A stretch of DNA of 64,000 nucleotides. It comes from an uncultured Actinomycetota bacterium. GTDB taxonomy: Bacteria; Actinomycetota; Actinomycetes; Streptosporangiales; Streptosporangiaceae. The translations under genes and the position numbers were made by a program. This document shows, piece after piece, positions 46,919-56,007 of the stretch. Positions within the stretch are counted from its first letter, which is position 1; the number at the start of each line of letters is the position of its first letter. Below the pieces are notes generated by a model, which did not search any database, had not been told where the DNA came from, and was given only the letters and a program-made list of their open reading frames with translations. The stretch lies in assembly GCA_963746485.1 (NCBI GenBank), contig CAVVBL010000008.1, forward strand, positions 8,418 to 72,417. Reading direction: 5' to 3'.

Positions 46919-48369
46919 GCAGCCGTCCGGAGGCCAGGCTCGATGAGCAGGCGGCCAGGCTGACGGCAGCCCAGCGGGCGAGCCAGGGCAAGGCCGCGCG
47001 GCGGACGGTGTCGAGGGCGGCGCACGCCGTGTTCGCGCCGCAGCCAGGCCGGCCTGATCCGGTCGCGCAGCTGGAGCAGCAGGCCGCCAGCAGGGTTCCC
47101 GAGCTGCTGCCGATCAGGTACGGCCGGATGCTGGCCTCGCCACTGGCGTACTTCCGCGGCGCGGCGCTGCCGATGGCCTCGGACCTGTCCGGGACGCCGG
47201 TGACTGGGCTGATCACTCAGCTGTGCGGTGACGCGCACCTGAGCAACTTCGGCATTTACGCCTCGCCGGAACGGCGGCTGGTGTTCGACATCAACGACTT
47301 TGACGAGACGCTGCCCGGACCATGGGAATGGGACGTGAAGCGGCTGACGGCGAGCCTGGAGATCGCCGGCCGGGCGGGCGGATTCAGTGCCGGCGAGCGG
47401 CGGCGGATCGTGACGGAGACTGCCGGGCACTACCGGCTGGCCATGCGCAGGCTGGCCGGGATCGGCGACCTGGCTGTCTGGTACTCCAGCGGTGACCTCG
47501 ACGAGCTCACCGCACGCTACCGGGCCGTCCTGAGCCCGCGTGAGCGCGAGCTGGCCGAGACTGATCTGGGGACCGGAGCCCGGCGCGGGTCAGCCAGGGC
47601 CCTGGCGCAGGGAGATGACGACATGGGCGCGCTGGCGCGGCTTGTTGTCTGGCGGGACGGGACGGCCAGGCTCGCGAGCGAGCCGCCGCTCCTGGTACCG
47701 GTCGGCGAGCTGCCCGCGGCAGAGTACGGCGGCGCCGCGGCCCGGCTGCACCGGCTGATCGCGGGTTACCAGGCTACCCTGGAGCCGCACTGGCGGTACC
47801 TGATGAGCCAGTTCACGGTCACCGGCCTGGCCAGGAAGGTGTCCGGCGTCGGGAGCGTCGGGATGCGCTGCTGGATCGCGCTGCTGACCGGCCGGGACAG
47901 CCGCGACCTGCTGTTCCTGCAGCTGAAGCAGGCCCAGCCGTCCGTACTCAGCCAGTTCGCTGGCGCGAGCCGGTATCTCTGCCAGGGTGAGCGCGTGGTT
48001 GCCGGGCAGCGGCTGATGCAGGCGTCGAGCGACATCTTCCTCGGCTGGCACCGGGCCGGGACGGCTGACTATTACGTGCGGCAGCTGCGGGACTGGAAGT
48101 TCTCGGTGCCGACGGACGCGATGCTCCCGGCCACGATGCGCGCCTACGGTGCTCTGTGCGGGCGCACCCTGGCCAGGGCACATGCCCGGTCCGGTGACCG
48201 GATCGCGATTGCCGCCTACCTCGGCAGCTCGACTGCATTCGACATAGCGCTCGGTGAGTTCGCTGCCGCTTACGCCGATCAGAACGACCATGACTACGCC
48301 GGGTTCCAGGCCGCGGTCCGGTCGGGGCCCCTGCCCGCAGCGCCCGTGCCCGCGGGCAGCGCCGGCTGA
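46915..48369 (+). CDS. DUF2252 family protein
   Basis: 484 aa. GDAHLSNFGIYASPERRLVFDINDFDETLPGPWEWDVKRL is the DUF2252 signature. ATGA overlap with the aquaporin gene. Confidence 0.8.
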   Translation: MSSRPEARLDEQAARLTAAQRASQGKAARRTVSRAAHAVFAPQPGRPDPVAQLEQQAASRVPELLPIRYGRMLASPLAYFRGAALPMASDLSGTPVTGLITQLCGDAHLSNFGIYASPERRLVFDINDFDETLPGPWEWDVKRLTASLEIAGRAGGFSAGERRRIVTETAGHYRLAMRRLAGIGDLAVWYSSGDLDELTARYRAVLSPRERELAETDLGTGARRGSARALAQGDDDMGALARLVVWRDGTARLASEPPLLVPVGELPAAEYGGAAARLHRLIAGYQATLEPHWRYLMSQFTVTGLARKVSGVGSVGMRCWIALLTGRDSRDLLFLQLKQAQPSVLSQFAGASRYLCQGERVVAGQRLMQASSDIFLGWHRAGTADYYVRQLRDWKFSVPTDAMLPATMRAYGALCGRTLARAHARSGDRIAIAAYLGSSTAFDIALGEFAAAYADQNDHDYAGFQAAVRSGPLPAAPVPAGSAG

Positions 48370-48395
48370 CCGGAAGGCGGCTGTGTACCGCCCCC

Positions 48396-48613
48396 GGGCA
48401 GCTCCGCCCGGCAGCTCCGCCCGGCTACGTACCGCCGTCGGGCAGTTCCGCCCGGCTACGTACCGCCGTCGGGCAGCTCCGCCCGGCAGCCCAGCCCGGC
48501 GGCGTGCCGGCCGGAAACAGCCGGTCGGGCAGTTCCGCCCGGCTACGTACCGCCGTCGGGCAGCTCCACCCGGCAGCCCCGCCCGGCGGCGTGCCGGCCG
48601 GAAACAGCCCGGC
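48396..48613. repeat. Intergenic tandem repeat: two 87-bp units plus a partial leading copy
   Basis: 48440-48526 and 48527-48613 are near-identical (31-nt A sub-unit GGGCAGTTCCGCCCGGCTACGTACCGCCGTC plus 56-nt B sub-unit). 48396-48439 is a variant partial copy. Lies between convergent genes. Confidence 0.85.
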
Positions 48614-48969
48614 TAGCGCCCGCCGCGGGCGGCGCAGGTGATGCAGGTGGTCGCCGTCGGCCTGGCCGCAAGCCGGGCGGCAGCGATCGGCTGGCCGCAG
48701 CGCTCGCACACCCCGTAGCTGCCGTCTGCCAGGCGCTCGATGGCCGCGTCGATCTGCGCCAGCTGGTCGCGGGCCTGGCCGAGGAGCGCGGCGGTGTGCT
48801 GCCGCTCGAACGCGATGGTCGCGCCCTCCGGGTCGTGCTCGTCGTCGGCGTTCGCCTGCCCGGCCGCCTGGATGATGTCAGCGAGGTCGCGGTCGAGTGC
48901 CGCCAGGCGCTCGAGAGCCAGCTGGCGCTCGGCTGCCAGCAGCGTCCGCGGTTCGTCAGCGGCTGTCAT
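48613..48969 (-). CDS. TraR/DksA family C4-type zinc-finger protein
   Basis: C-terminal YGVCERCGQPI...TCITC four-Cys finger, preceded by a coiled-coil region. Confidence 0.85.
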   Translation of the reverse strand: MTAADEPRTLLAAERQLALERLAALDRDLADIIQAAGQANADDEHDPEGATIAFERQHTAALLGQARDQLAQIDAAIERLADGSYGVCERCGQPIAAARLAARPTATTCITCAARGGR

Positions 48970-49090
48970 TCCTCCTGCTTATCATCCAGGCCGGACTGCC
49001 GTGCCGGACGGCGGCGTGAGCAGGCGCGCGGATCGCGGGCCGCAGCGGGCCCGATGTGCACGGCCGTGGCTGATACGGCAGGCTTGGGTC

Positions 49091-49924
49091 ATGGCAGCTG
49101 ACACCCTCACCCTCATGGCCGTGCACGCGCATCCCGATGATGAGGCATCGAGTACTGGCGGCATCCTTGCTCTCTACGCCGATCAGGGCGTCCGTACCGT
49201 GGTCGTTACCTGCACGAACGGCGAATTCGGCGATGCCCCTGGACAGGTCAAGCCGGGCGACGACGGCCACAACGAGCAAGAGGTCGCGCAGCTGCGGCTC
49301 ACCGAGCTGCGCGAGTCGTGCAAGATCCTCGGTGTCAGCAATCTGGAACTGCTCGGCTATCACGACTCGGGCATGCCGGACTGGGAGTACAAGGACCGCC
49401 CGGAAGCGTTCTGCAACGTCCCGCTCGACGTCGTGGCGGCTCGGATCACCGGCCTGATCGACACCTACCGCCCGCAGATCGTCATCTCCTACGACGACAA
49501 GGGCATGTACCAGCACCCCGATCATGTGCACGCCGCGCAGGCGGCCGCCGCGGCGGCAGCGCAGTCCGCCATCCCGGCGAAGTTCTATCAGACGGCCATG
49601 CGCGGCAGCGACTGGCGCAAGGTGTGGGAGGCCCTGCGGGAGCTCGGCGCGGAGATGCCCGACGAGCGCGAGTTCACGGCGGAGCAGCAGCGCCAGATGG
49701 AGGAAGCGGAACGGCGCATCACCACGACCGTGGACATCCGCCCGGTGCTCGGGCGGAAGCGGGAGGCGCTGTTCGCGCACGCGAGCCAGATCCAGGAGAG
49801 CTGGTTCAGCAAGCTGCCGCCGGAGATCGCCGAGTCCGCGTTCGGCCGGGAGAGCTTCGTCCGGGTGACCGACACTACGGGGGCCGCGATCCCCGAGGAT
49901 GACCTGCTCGCGGGTCTCAGGTAA
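49091..49924 (+). CDS. PIG-L family deacetylase (Mca/MshB-like)
   Basis: MAVHAHPDDE zinc/active-site motif and HPDHVH. Length and layout resemble mycothiol conjugate amidase. Confidence 0.8.
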   Translation: MAADTLTLMAVHAHPDDEASSTGGILALYADQGVRTVVVTCTNGEFGDAPGQVKPGDDGHNEQEVAQLRLTELRESCKILGVSNLELLGYHDSGMPDWEYKDRPEAFCNVPLDVVAARITGLIDTYRPQIVISYDDKGMYQHPDHVHAAQAAAAAAAQSAIPAKFYQTAMRGSDWRKVWEALRELGAEMPDEREFTAEQQRQMEEAERRITTTVDIRPVLGRKREALFAHASQIQESWFSKLPPEIAESAFGRESFVRVTDTTGAAIPEDDLLAGLR

Positions 49925-50188
49925 CGCCTGCCGGCGCTAAGCCAGCGCGACCCGGAGGCGACCACGTCGATGCGGTGAAGCGTGACGCACTGCAGCGCGC
50001 CGCGGCGGAAAGCACGGTCTTGCCTGGCTTCTCGCACCCCTGCTTGCCTTCGCCAGCTCGCTGTCAACAGGCTGCTGCCGAGCCACGAAATGTCGGTGCC
50101 TAACGATATTATCGAACGTGTGATCGAGGAGGAGATCACCGGCGGAGGGCGGTGAACGTCGTGACAGACCCGGGCTGGGACATCCCTG

Positions 50189-51919
50189 GTGTCGTGCGTG
50201 AGGGCTCTTCAGGCGACAGCGACCAGTTCGGTGTCGCTGACGCCGAGTCCGCCGCTTCGGCTGCCTCCGCAGATCCGGGTTCGGGTAGCGCGGGCGACCA
50301 GCGCAAGCGGCGCCGCAAGGCACGGCGCTCGGCGAGCCTGTCGGCAGCGGCGGGGCGGTCGGCGGGCGCGTTCGCTCGCGATCCTGCGGACGTCCAGGCC
50401 GCCACCGATCCTGCGGATAGTGTCCCGGCGGCCAGCGACCCGGCGGCCAGCGACCCGGCGGCCAGCGCCGCGCCGCCGCCAGGCCTGGCTGGCTGCCGGT
50501 CTGACAGCTCTGGCGCCGGCAGCGCTGCTTCTTCTTCGCCCTCTTCCGTTGCGCCAGCGACTGCGGCCGGGGCGCTGGAGGCGTCTGTCGGCGGCGCTGG
50601 AGTTCCTGGCTGGCGCGGATCCTACGGAGTGGCCGGCCGGGTTGCAGGCTGATTGCCTGCGGGCGCTGGCGGTGGCGGAGTCGCGGGCGACGGCGGTGCA
50701 TGCGCGGGTGCTGGCCGCGTTCTGCGTGCCGGGCGGCGGCCTGAACGGCGACGGGCACCGGTCGGCGCGGGTGTGGCTGTCGTGGCAGACCCAGTCCACC
50801 GCCCGGTCCGCCGCCGGCAAGGTCGGGTGGAAGAACCGGCTGGCCGGCCACCCGGTGCTGGCCGCGGCGCTGGCCGCCGGGACGATCTCGGTGTCGTGGG
50901 CGGCCCAGTTCGCCGCCTGGACCGACGACCTCCCCTGCGACGTGCGGGACCAGGCTGACGCGGACTTCCTGACCGGCGCCGGGCGGGGCGCGGACCTGGG
51001 CACCCTCGCTCAGCTGGCCGAGGACCTGCGGCGGCGGCACGCCGGCCCTGGCGACGACGGCGAGAAGGAGTTCGCCGACCGGGCGGTCCGGCTCGCGCAG
51101 ACGTTCGGCGGCGCCGGGCGGCTGGAAGGTGACCTGACCGGCCGGTGCGCCGCGGCGGTGTCGGCGGTCCTGGACTCGCTGGGCGGGCCGGGCGGGCCGG
51201 AAGACACCCGCACCCTGGTCCAGCGGCGGCACGACGCGCTGGAGGAAGCGTGCACCCGGCTGATCGCCGCCGGGATGCTGCCGCAGCGGGCCGGGCAGCC
51301 GGTCCGCCTCGAACTCGACATCACCCTGAAAGACCTGGCCGAGAACACCGGCGGGCTGGGCTGCGACGCGCTGATCCAGCCCGTCATCACCGGCCACGCC
51401 AGCTATGAGCGGCTGGAGCAGCTGCTCACCGACGACGACTACCGCGCCCGGCTCGCCGCCCGCTGCGCCGGGACCGAGAACGACGCCCGGTACGGCATCC
51501 TGCTCGAGCTGGTCACCGCGGTGCTGTCCGGCCCGCACGGCCACGCCGCCGCGCTGCGCCGCAACCTGGCCGGCGGCCCCGCCGTGCCCGTCAGCCTGCC
51601 GCTGGACATCCCCGGCGTGTTCGACACCATCCCCGTGCACCTGCGCCGCGCCGTCCGCACAAGAGACAAGCACTGCCGGTTCCCCGGCTGCGACCAGCCC
51701 GTCGCCGCCTGCGACGTCCACCACCTCATCCACCGCAAAGACGGCGGCCGGCACGCCCTCACCAACCTGCTGCTCATGTGCCGGTTCCACCACCTCATCG
51801 CCATCCACCGCTGGGGCTGGACCATCACCCTGCACCCCGACGGCACCACCACCGCCGTCAGCCCCGACGGCAGCAAGACCCTGGATAGCCATCCGCCACG
51901 CGCCAGCACCGCTGCCTGA
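50189..51919 (+). CDS. DUF222 / HNH endonuclease family protein (13E12-repeat type)
   Basis: DUF222-like central region. C-terminal HNH CRFPGCDQPVAACDVHHLIHRKDGG.HALTNLLLMCRFHH. N-terminus uncertain; see finding on 50152-50652. Confidence 0.8.
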   Translation: MSCVRALQATATSSVSLTPSPPLRLPPQIRVRVARATSASGAARHGARRACRQRRGGRRARSLAILRTSRPPPILRIVSRRPATRRPATRRPAPRRRQAWLAAGLTALAPAALLLLRPLPLRQRLRPGRWRRLSAALEFLAGADPTEWPAGLQADCLRALAVAESRATAVHARVLAAFCVPGGGLNGDGHRSARVWLSWQTQSTARSAAGKVGWKNRLAGHPVLAAALAAGTISVSWAAQFAAWTDDLPCDVRDQADADFLTGAGRGADLGTLAQLAEDLRRRHAGPGDDGEKEFADRAVRLAQTFGGAGRLEGDLTGRCAAAVSAVLDSLGGPGGPEDTRTLVQRRHDALEEACTRLIAAGMLPQRAGQPVRLELDITLKDLAENTGGLGCDALIQPVITGHASYERLEQLLTDDDYRARLAARCAGTENDARYGILLELVTAVLSGPHGHAAALRRNLAGGPAVPVSLPLDIPGVFDTIPVHLRRAVRTRDKHCRFPGCDQPVAACDVHHLIHRKDGGRHALTNLLLMCRFHHLIAIHRWGWTITLHPDGTTTAVSPDGSKTLDSHPPRASTAA

Positions 51920-52052
51920 CTGCGATCAGGAACGCGAACAGGACGAGCGCGGCGAAAGCCGCGCAGTCCGGCTCCACTTGATCGGCCTGTTTCGCGTTGG
52001 CGTGATCGTTATAGGCCCAGCCCCAGCCGCAGTCCTGACCAGGGGATCTGGG

Positions 52053-52520
52053 CTAGCGGGGCGCATCCTTGCCGCGAGCCGGACCCGAGTGCAGAGCCGT
52101 GCTGGTCGCGCGTCCGAGAATGCCCGCGCCGCTGGACAGCGCGCGGCGCCAGGGCGGAACGCCGGAGATCTCGATCTCCAGGGAGAAGCTGAGAAACGTC
52201 CTGATCAGCACGATCAGTCCAAGCACGAGGACATTCGTCAGGGTTGGCGCTACCGCGACCGTCCTGATGAGGTCGGCCGCTACCAGCACTTCCAGGGCGA
52301 GGAGCACAGTCCCGCCGAACGCCGCCCGCAGCGCGGCGTAACTCCGGCCGGCCGCGCGGGACCGGCGCCAGACCACGATGGCCAGGACCACCGACCACAC
52401 CACGCCGGCCACCAGAATGATCGCCCCGAGCACCTCGAATCCCTGCGCGACGTGCTCTATCGCCCTGGTGAACGACGAGACTGACTCCGCATCAGCGGAC
52501 GCCAGCATCAGCAGCGCCAT
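52053..52520 (-). CDS. DUF1622 family membrane protein
   Basis: 155 aa. LEVLVAADLIRTVAV.PTL..V..LGLIVLIRTFLSFSLEIE is typical of DUF1622. Confidence 0.75.
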   Translation of the reverse strand: MALLMLASADAESVSSFTRAIEHVAQGFEVLGAIILVAGVVWSVVLAIVVWRRSRAAGRSYAALRAAFGGTVLLALEVLVAADLIRTVAVAPTLTNVLVLGLIVLIRTFLSFSLEIEISGVPPWRRALSSGAGILGRATSTALHSGPARGKDAPR

Positions 52521-52621
52521 CGCATTCCCCCGGCAAGCGCCATGACCGTGCTCCTACCCTCCGGCCGCGTCTGGCTACCGTTGCCGCAGCGGCCCGAAGA
52601 TCCGTACGGCACGATTAGACC

Positions 52622-53617
52622 GTGATCGCGATACTGGTCCGGCTGATCGGCCCTCACCACCGCAAGCACATTGCGGTCCTGCTCGCCTCGGCCGCGGGCT
52701 GCGTGCTCGTCGGTGGCGCGGCCTTTGCCGTCTCCCAGCACCTGCCGTATACGAGTGGCCTGTACTGGGCTGTCACGACCGCCACGACGGTCGGCTACGG
52801 TGACGTGACCCCGAAGGGCGGGGCGGGCCGGGTTATCGCCGTCCTCGTCATGCTGACAACGATTCCGCTGCTGGCCTCGGTATTCGCGCTGGCGACCGGC
52901 GAGGCAGCTGCTGCTGGAGTACGGAGGATCCTGGCCATGCGCAGCCATATACCGGAGGGCCGCTACCGCCTGGTGATCGGCATGAGCGACACGGTGCCCG
53001 CGATCCTGGCGGAACTGGTCTCGGCCGGGGTAGCCGTGGTGCTGGTGGCCGACGTCGATCCGGTCAGTGTCCCGCCTGAGGTCCATCTCGTCCGGGGTGA
53101 CCCTACCGATGAGAAGGTGCTCAGGTCGGCGAAGCCCGAGGGCGCCGAGCAGGCACTAATCACGGGGCCGTCGGACGGCGACGTGCTCGTCAGCTCCGTG
53201 CTGGTGCGAAAGCTGGCGCCCGATCTGGAGACTGCCGCGCTAGTGAGCTCCCCGTCTGTGCGGGAGGCGCTGACCGACCTCGGCATCCATCAGACGATCT
53301 CGGCTCACGCAATGATTGCCTCGACGCTGGCCAAGAGCCTGGAGGCGCCGCATGCCTGGGACATGCTCGCCGAGCTGGTTGGCTCGAACAATCACCGGCT
53401 CGCCGAGATCGAAGCGGACGCCGCCGCGGTCGGACGGCCGCTCAGCGCGATCAGGGAGGATCGCGAGGGACTCGTTCTCGGCCTGGTTCACGACGGCAGC
53501 TTCACTCTTGGCCTGGGTGAGGATCCGGTCGTCCGGGCCGGTGACCGGCTGCTGGTCACCGAGCAGGAGCCCGCGCACCCACGCGGTGGCCATCGCCAGC
53601 CCGGCGGCGACCGCTAG
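52622..53617 (+). CDS. Two-TM potassium channel with RCK/TrkA domains
   Basis: Selectivity filter TTATTVGYGD, followed by TrkA-N-like (RLVIGMSDTVPAIL) and TrkA-C-like domains. Confidence 0.85.
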   Translation: MIAILVRLIGPHHRKHIAVLLASAAGCVLVGGAAFAVSQHLPYTSGLYWAVTTATTVGYGDVTPKGGAGRVIAVLVMLTTIPLLASVFALATGEAAAAGVRRILAMRSHIPEGRYRLVIGMSDTVPAILAELVSAGVAVVLVADVDPVSVPPEVHLVRGDPTDEKVLRSAKPEGAEQALITGPSDGDVLVSSVLVRKLAPDLETAALVSSPSVREALTDLGIHQTISAHAMIASTLAKSLEAPHAWDMLAELVGSNNHRLAEIEADAAAVGRPLSAIREDREGLVLGLVHDGSFTLGLGEDPVVRAGDRLLVTEQEPAHPRGGHRQPGGDR

Positions 53618-53662
53618 CCCCCGGGCCGTGCGCGCTCGCCGCCCCGCGGTCACACTGGACTA

Positions 53663-55996
53663 GTGAGCGATCGGGTCAGAACCGGAGTCCGGGTCGAGGG
53701 TGTCGTCCAGGGCGTTGGGTTCCGGCCGTTCGTTTACTCGCTGGCGGCCAGCCTTGGCCTCGGCGGACTGGTCGGCAACGACGCCGACGGTGTCTTCGCC
53801 GAGGTCGAAGGGAGCGCCGAGGCGGTCGGGAAGTTCCTAGCCCTGCTTGAGCAGCAGCCGCCGCCTCTCGCCAGGATCGAGCGCGTCAGCACCCGCAGCC
53901 TCGCGCCGACCGGCTCCGCGGAGTTCGTCATCGCGCCGAGCCAGCCCGGCGGCGAGCGCCGGACACTAGTGTCCGCCGACACTGCGCCTTGCCCTGACTG
54001 CCTGCGCGAGCTGGCCGACCCGGCCGACCGCCGGTACCGCTATCCGTTCATCAACTGCACCAACTGCGGCCCGCGGTTCACTATCGTGCGCGACGTCCCC
54101 TACGACCGGGCGCTGACCACGATGGCCGGATTCGCGATGTGCGAGCTCTGTGCTGCCGAGTATCGCGACCCGGCTGACCGCCGCTTCCATGCCCAGCCGG
54201 TCTGCTGCCCGGCGTGCGGCCCGCGTCTGGCGCTGGTCGCCGCGGCCGGGACAGCACTGCCCGATGCCGCGCCCGGAAGCGCCGACCCGACCGTCGCCGC
54301 GGCAGCGCTGCTGCGCGCCGGCCAGATCGTCGCGGTCAAGGGCATCGGCGGCTACCACCTGACGGCGGACGCGGGCAATCCGGCCGCCGCGGCCGCGCTG
54401 CGCAGCCGCAAGCACCGCGAGGAGAAGCCGTTCGCGCTGATGGTGCCCGACCTGGCGGCAGCGCGGGTGCTGTGCGAGGTCGACGCCGCCGCCGAGCGGA
54501 TGCTGACCAGTCCCCGCCGGCCCATCGTGCTGCTGCCACGCCGGAAGGCCGCGGACCGGCTGGTGGCGCCTGCCGTCGCGCCCGGCAACCGGCACCTCGG
54601 GCTCATGCTCCCCTACACACCGCTGCACCACCTGCTGCTGGCGGCGGTCGGCAGCCCGATAGTGGCGACCAGCGGCAACGTTTCCGATGAGCCGATCGCC
54701 TTCACCGATGCCGAGGCACGGCAGAGGCTCGCCGGAATCGCCGACGCCTTCCTTCTGCACGACCGGGCCATCCACATCAGGACCGACGACTCGGTGGTGC
54801 GCGCGCAGAGCGGACGCGAGTCGGTCATCCGTCGTTCCCGTGGTTATGTTCCTGAGGCGCTGCCCGTGCGGCCGGGCTTCAGGCGGCCGGTCCTGGCCTG
54901 CGGCGCGGAACTGAAGAACACCTTCTGCCTGGCGAAGGACGGGCACGCGTTTGTCTCGCACCACATCGGCGACCTGGAGAACGCGGAAACGCTGCTGTCG
55001 TTCACCGAGGGCATCGACCACTTCAGGCGGCTGTTCGACATCGAGCCCGGGCTGGTCGCTCATGACCTGCACCCTGACTACCTGTCCACCGCCTACGCAA
55101 CGGCCCTGACCGGCGTCGACCTGCTCGGCGTCCAGCACCACCACGCCCACATCGCGTCCTGCCTCGCCGATAACGGCGAGGCAGGGCCGGTGATCGGGGT
55201 GGCCTTCGACGGCACCGGCTACGGGACGGACGGGACCATCTGGGGCGGCGAGTTCCTGGTGGCCGATCTCACCGGGTTCCGCCGGGCCGGCTTCCTCGCG
55301 CCCGTGCCGATGCCCGGCGGGGCAGCGGCGATCAGGCAGCCCTGGCGGATGACGGCCGCGTACCTGGCTGCCGCCCGCCAGGACGAGCCGCGGGGGGCGC
55401 ACGCCGTGCAGCAGCGCAACGAGCGGCAGTGGGCGGCCGTGCAGGCGATGGCAGGCCGCGGCATTAACGCACCGCTGACTTCCAGCGCCGGGCGGCTGTT
55501 CGATGCGGTGGCAGCGCTGCTCGGTGTGCGGGACACGATCAGCTACGAGGGCCAGGCCGCTATCGAGCTCGAGCAGCTGACCGATGTGACCGAGCGCGGC
55601 AGTTACCCGGTGCGGACCAGCAGCGCGCCGGGCGATGCCACTGGCGATGCGGCCGAAGAGCTGGCGCCGGCGGTCGTCACTGGTGCGGACCTGGTGCTCG
55701 CGGCTGCTGACGACCAGGCGGCGGGTGTGCCGGTGCCGGTGATCGCGGCCCGGTTCCACAACGGGGTCGCGGACGCGGTTGTCGCCGTCTGCCGGCTGCT
55801 GCGCGAGCAGACGGGGCTGACCGTGGTGGCACTGTCCGGCGGGGTGTTCCAGAACGAGCTGCTGACCAGCCGGGTCTGCGCCGCGCTCGGCAGCGCGGGC
55901 TTCCGGGTGCTAACGCATAGCCGGGTGCCCTGCAATGACGGCGGCATCAGCCTCGGCCAGGCCGCCGTGGCCGGGGCCTGCGACCGCCTTCGCTGA
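53663..55996 (+). CDS. hypF: [NiFe]-hydrogenase maturation carbamoyltransferase HypF
   Basis: Acylphosphatase VEGVVQGVGFRPFVY; two zinc fingers CPDCLRE..INCTNCGPRFT and CELCAAEY..CCPACGP; YrdC-like GIGGYHL; Kae1-like C-terminal domain. Confidence 0.93.
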   Translation: MSDRVRTGVRVEGVVQGVGFRPFVYSLAASLGLGGLVGNDADGVFAEVEGSAEAVGKFLALLEQQPPPLARIERVSTRSLAPTGSAEFVIAPSQPGGERRTLVSADTAPCPDCLRELADPADRRYRYPFINCTNCGPRFTIVRDVPYDRALTTMAGFAMCELCAAEYRDPADRRFHAQPVCCPACGPRLALVAAAGTALPDAAPGSADPTVAAAALLRAGQIVAVKGIGGYHLTADAGNPAAAAALRSRKHREEKPFALMVPDLAAARVLCEVDAAAERMLTSPRRPIVLLPRRKAADRLVAPAVAPGNRHLGLMLPYTPLHHLLLAAVGSPIVATSGNVSDEPIAFTDAEARQRLAGIADAFLLHDRAIHIRTDDSVVRAQSGRESVIRRSRGYVPEALPVRPGFRRPVLACGAELKNTFCLAKDGHAFVSHHIGDLENAETLLSFTEGIDHFRRLFDIEPGLVAHDLHPDYLSTAYATALTGVDLLGVQHHHAHIASCLADNGEAGPVIGVAFDGTGYGTDGTIWGGEFLVADLTGFRRAGFLAPVPMPGGAAAIRQPWRMTAAYLAAARQDEPRGAHAVQQRNERQWAAVQAMAGRGINAPLTSSAGRLFDAVAALLGVRDTISYEGQAAIELEQLTDVTERGSYPVRTSSAPGDATGDAAEELAPAVVTGADLVLAAADDQAAGVPVPVIAARFHNGVADAVVAVCRLLREQTGLTVVALSGGVFQNELLTSRVCAALGSAGFRVLTHSRVPCNDGGISLGQAAVAGACDRLR

Positions 55997-56007
55997 GCGG
56001 CAGCGGG

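Noticed and set aside
48396-48613. Possible CRISPR array
   Set aside because: The repeat units are directly contiguous with no unique spacers. Unit length (87 bp) and structure do not fit CRISPR, and no cas genes lie nearby.
48254-48616. 120-aa ORF reading through the tandem repeat (RTAVGQFRPATYRRRAAPPGSPARRRAGRKQP twice)
   Set aside because: Its apparent protein repeat is just the translated DNA repeat. It overlaps the 3' end of DUF2252 and has no RBS and no plausible fold.
49937-51892. 651-aa ORF on the minus strand
   Set aside because: Antisense to the DUF222/HNH gene, with low-complexity Gly/Arg/Pro composition. The HNH frame carries the recognisable motifs.
51905-52024. Small minus-strand ORF (VEPDCAAFAALVLFAFLIAV…) downstream of DUF1622
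   Set aside because: It has only a GTG start and no RBS, overlaps the HNH gene 3' end, and is too short to support without conservation data.
53966-55759. 597-aa ORF on the minus strand
   Set aside because: Antisense shadow of hypF, which has unambiguous acylphosphatase, zinc-finger, YrdC and Kae1 motifs.
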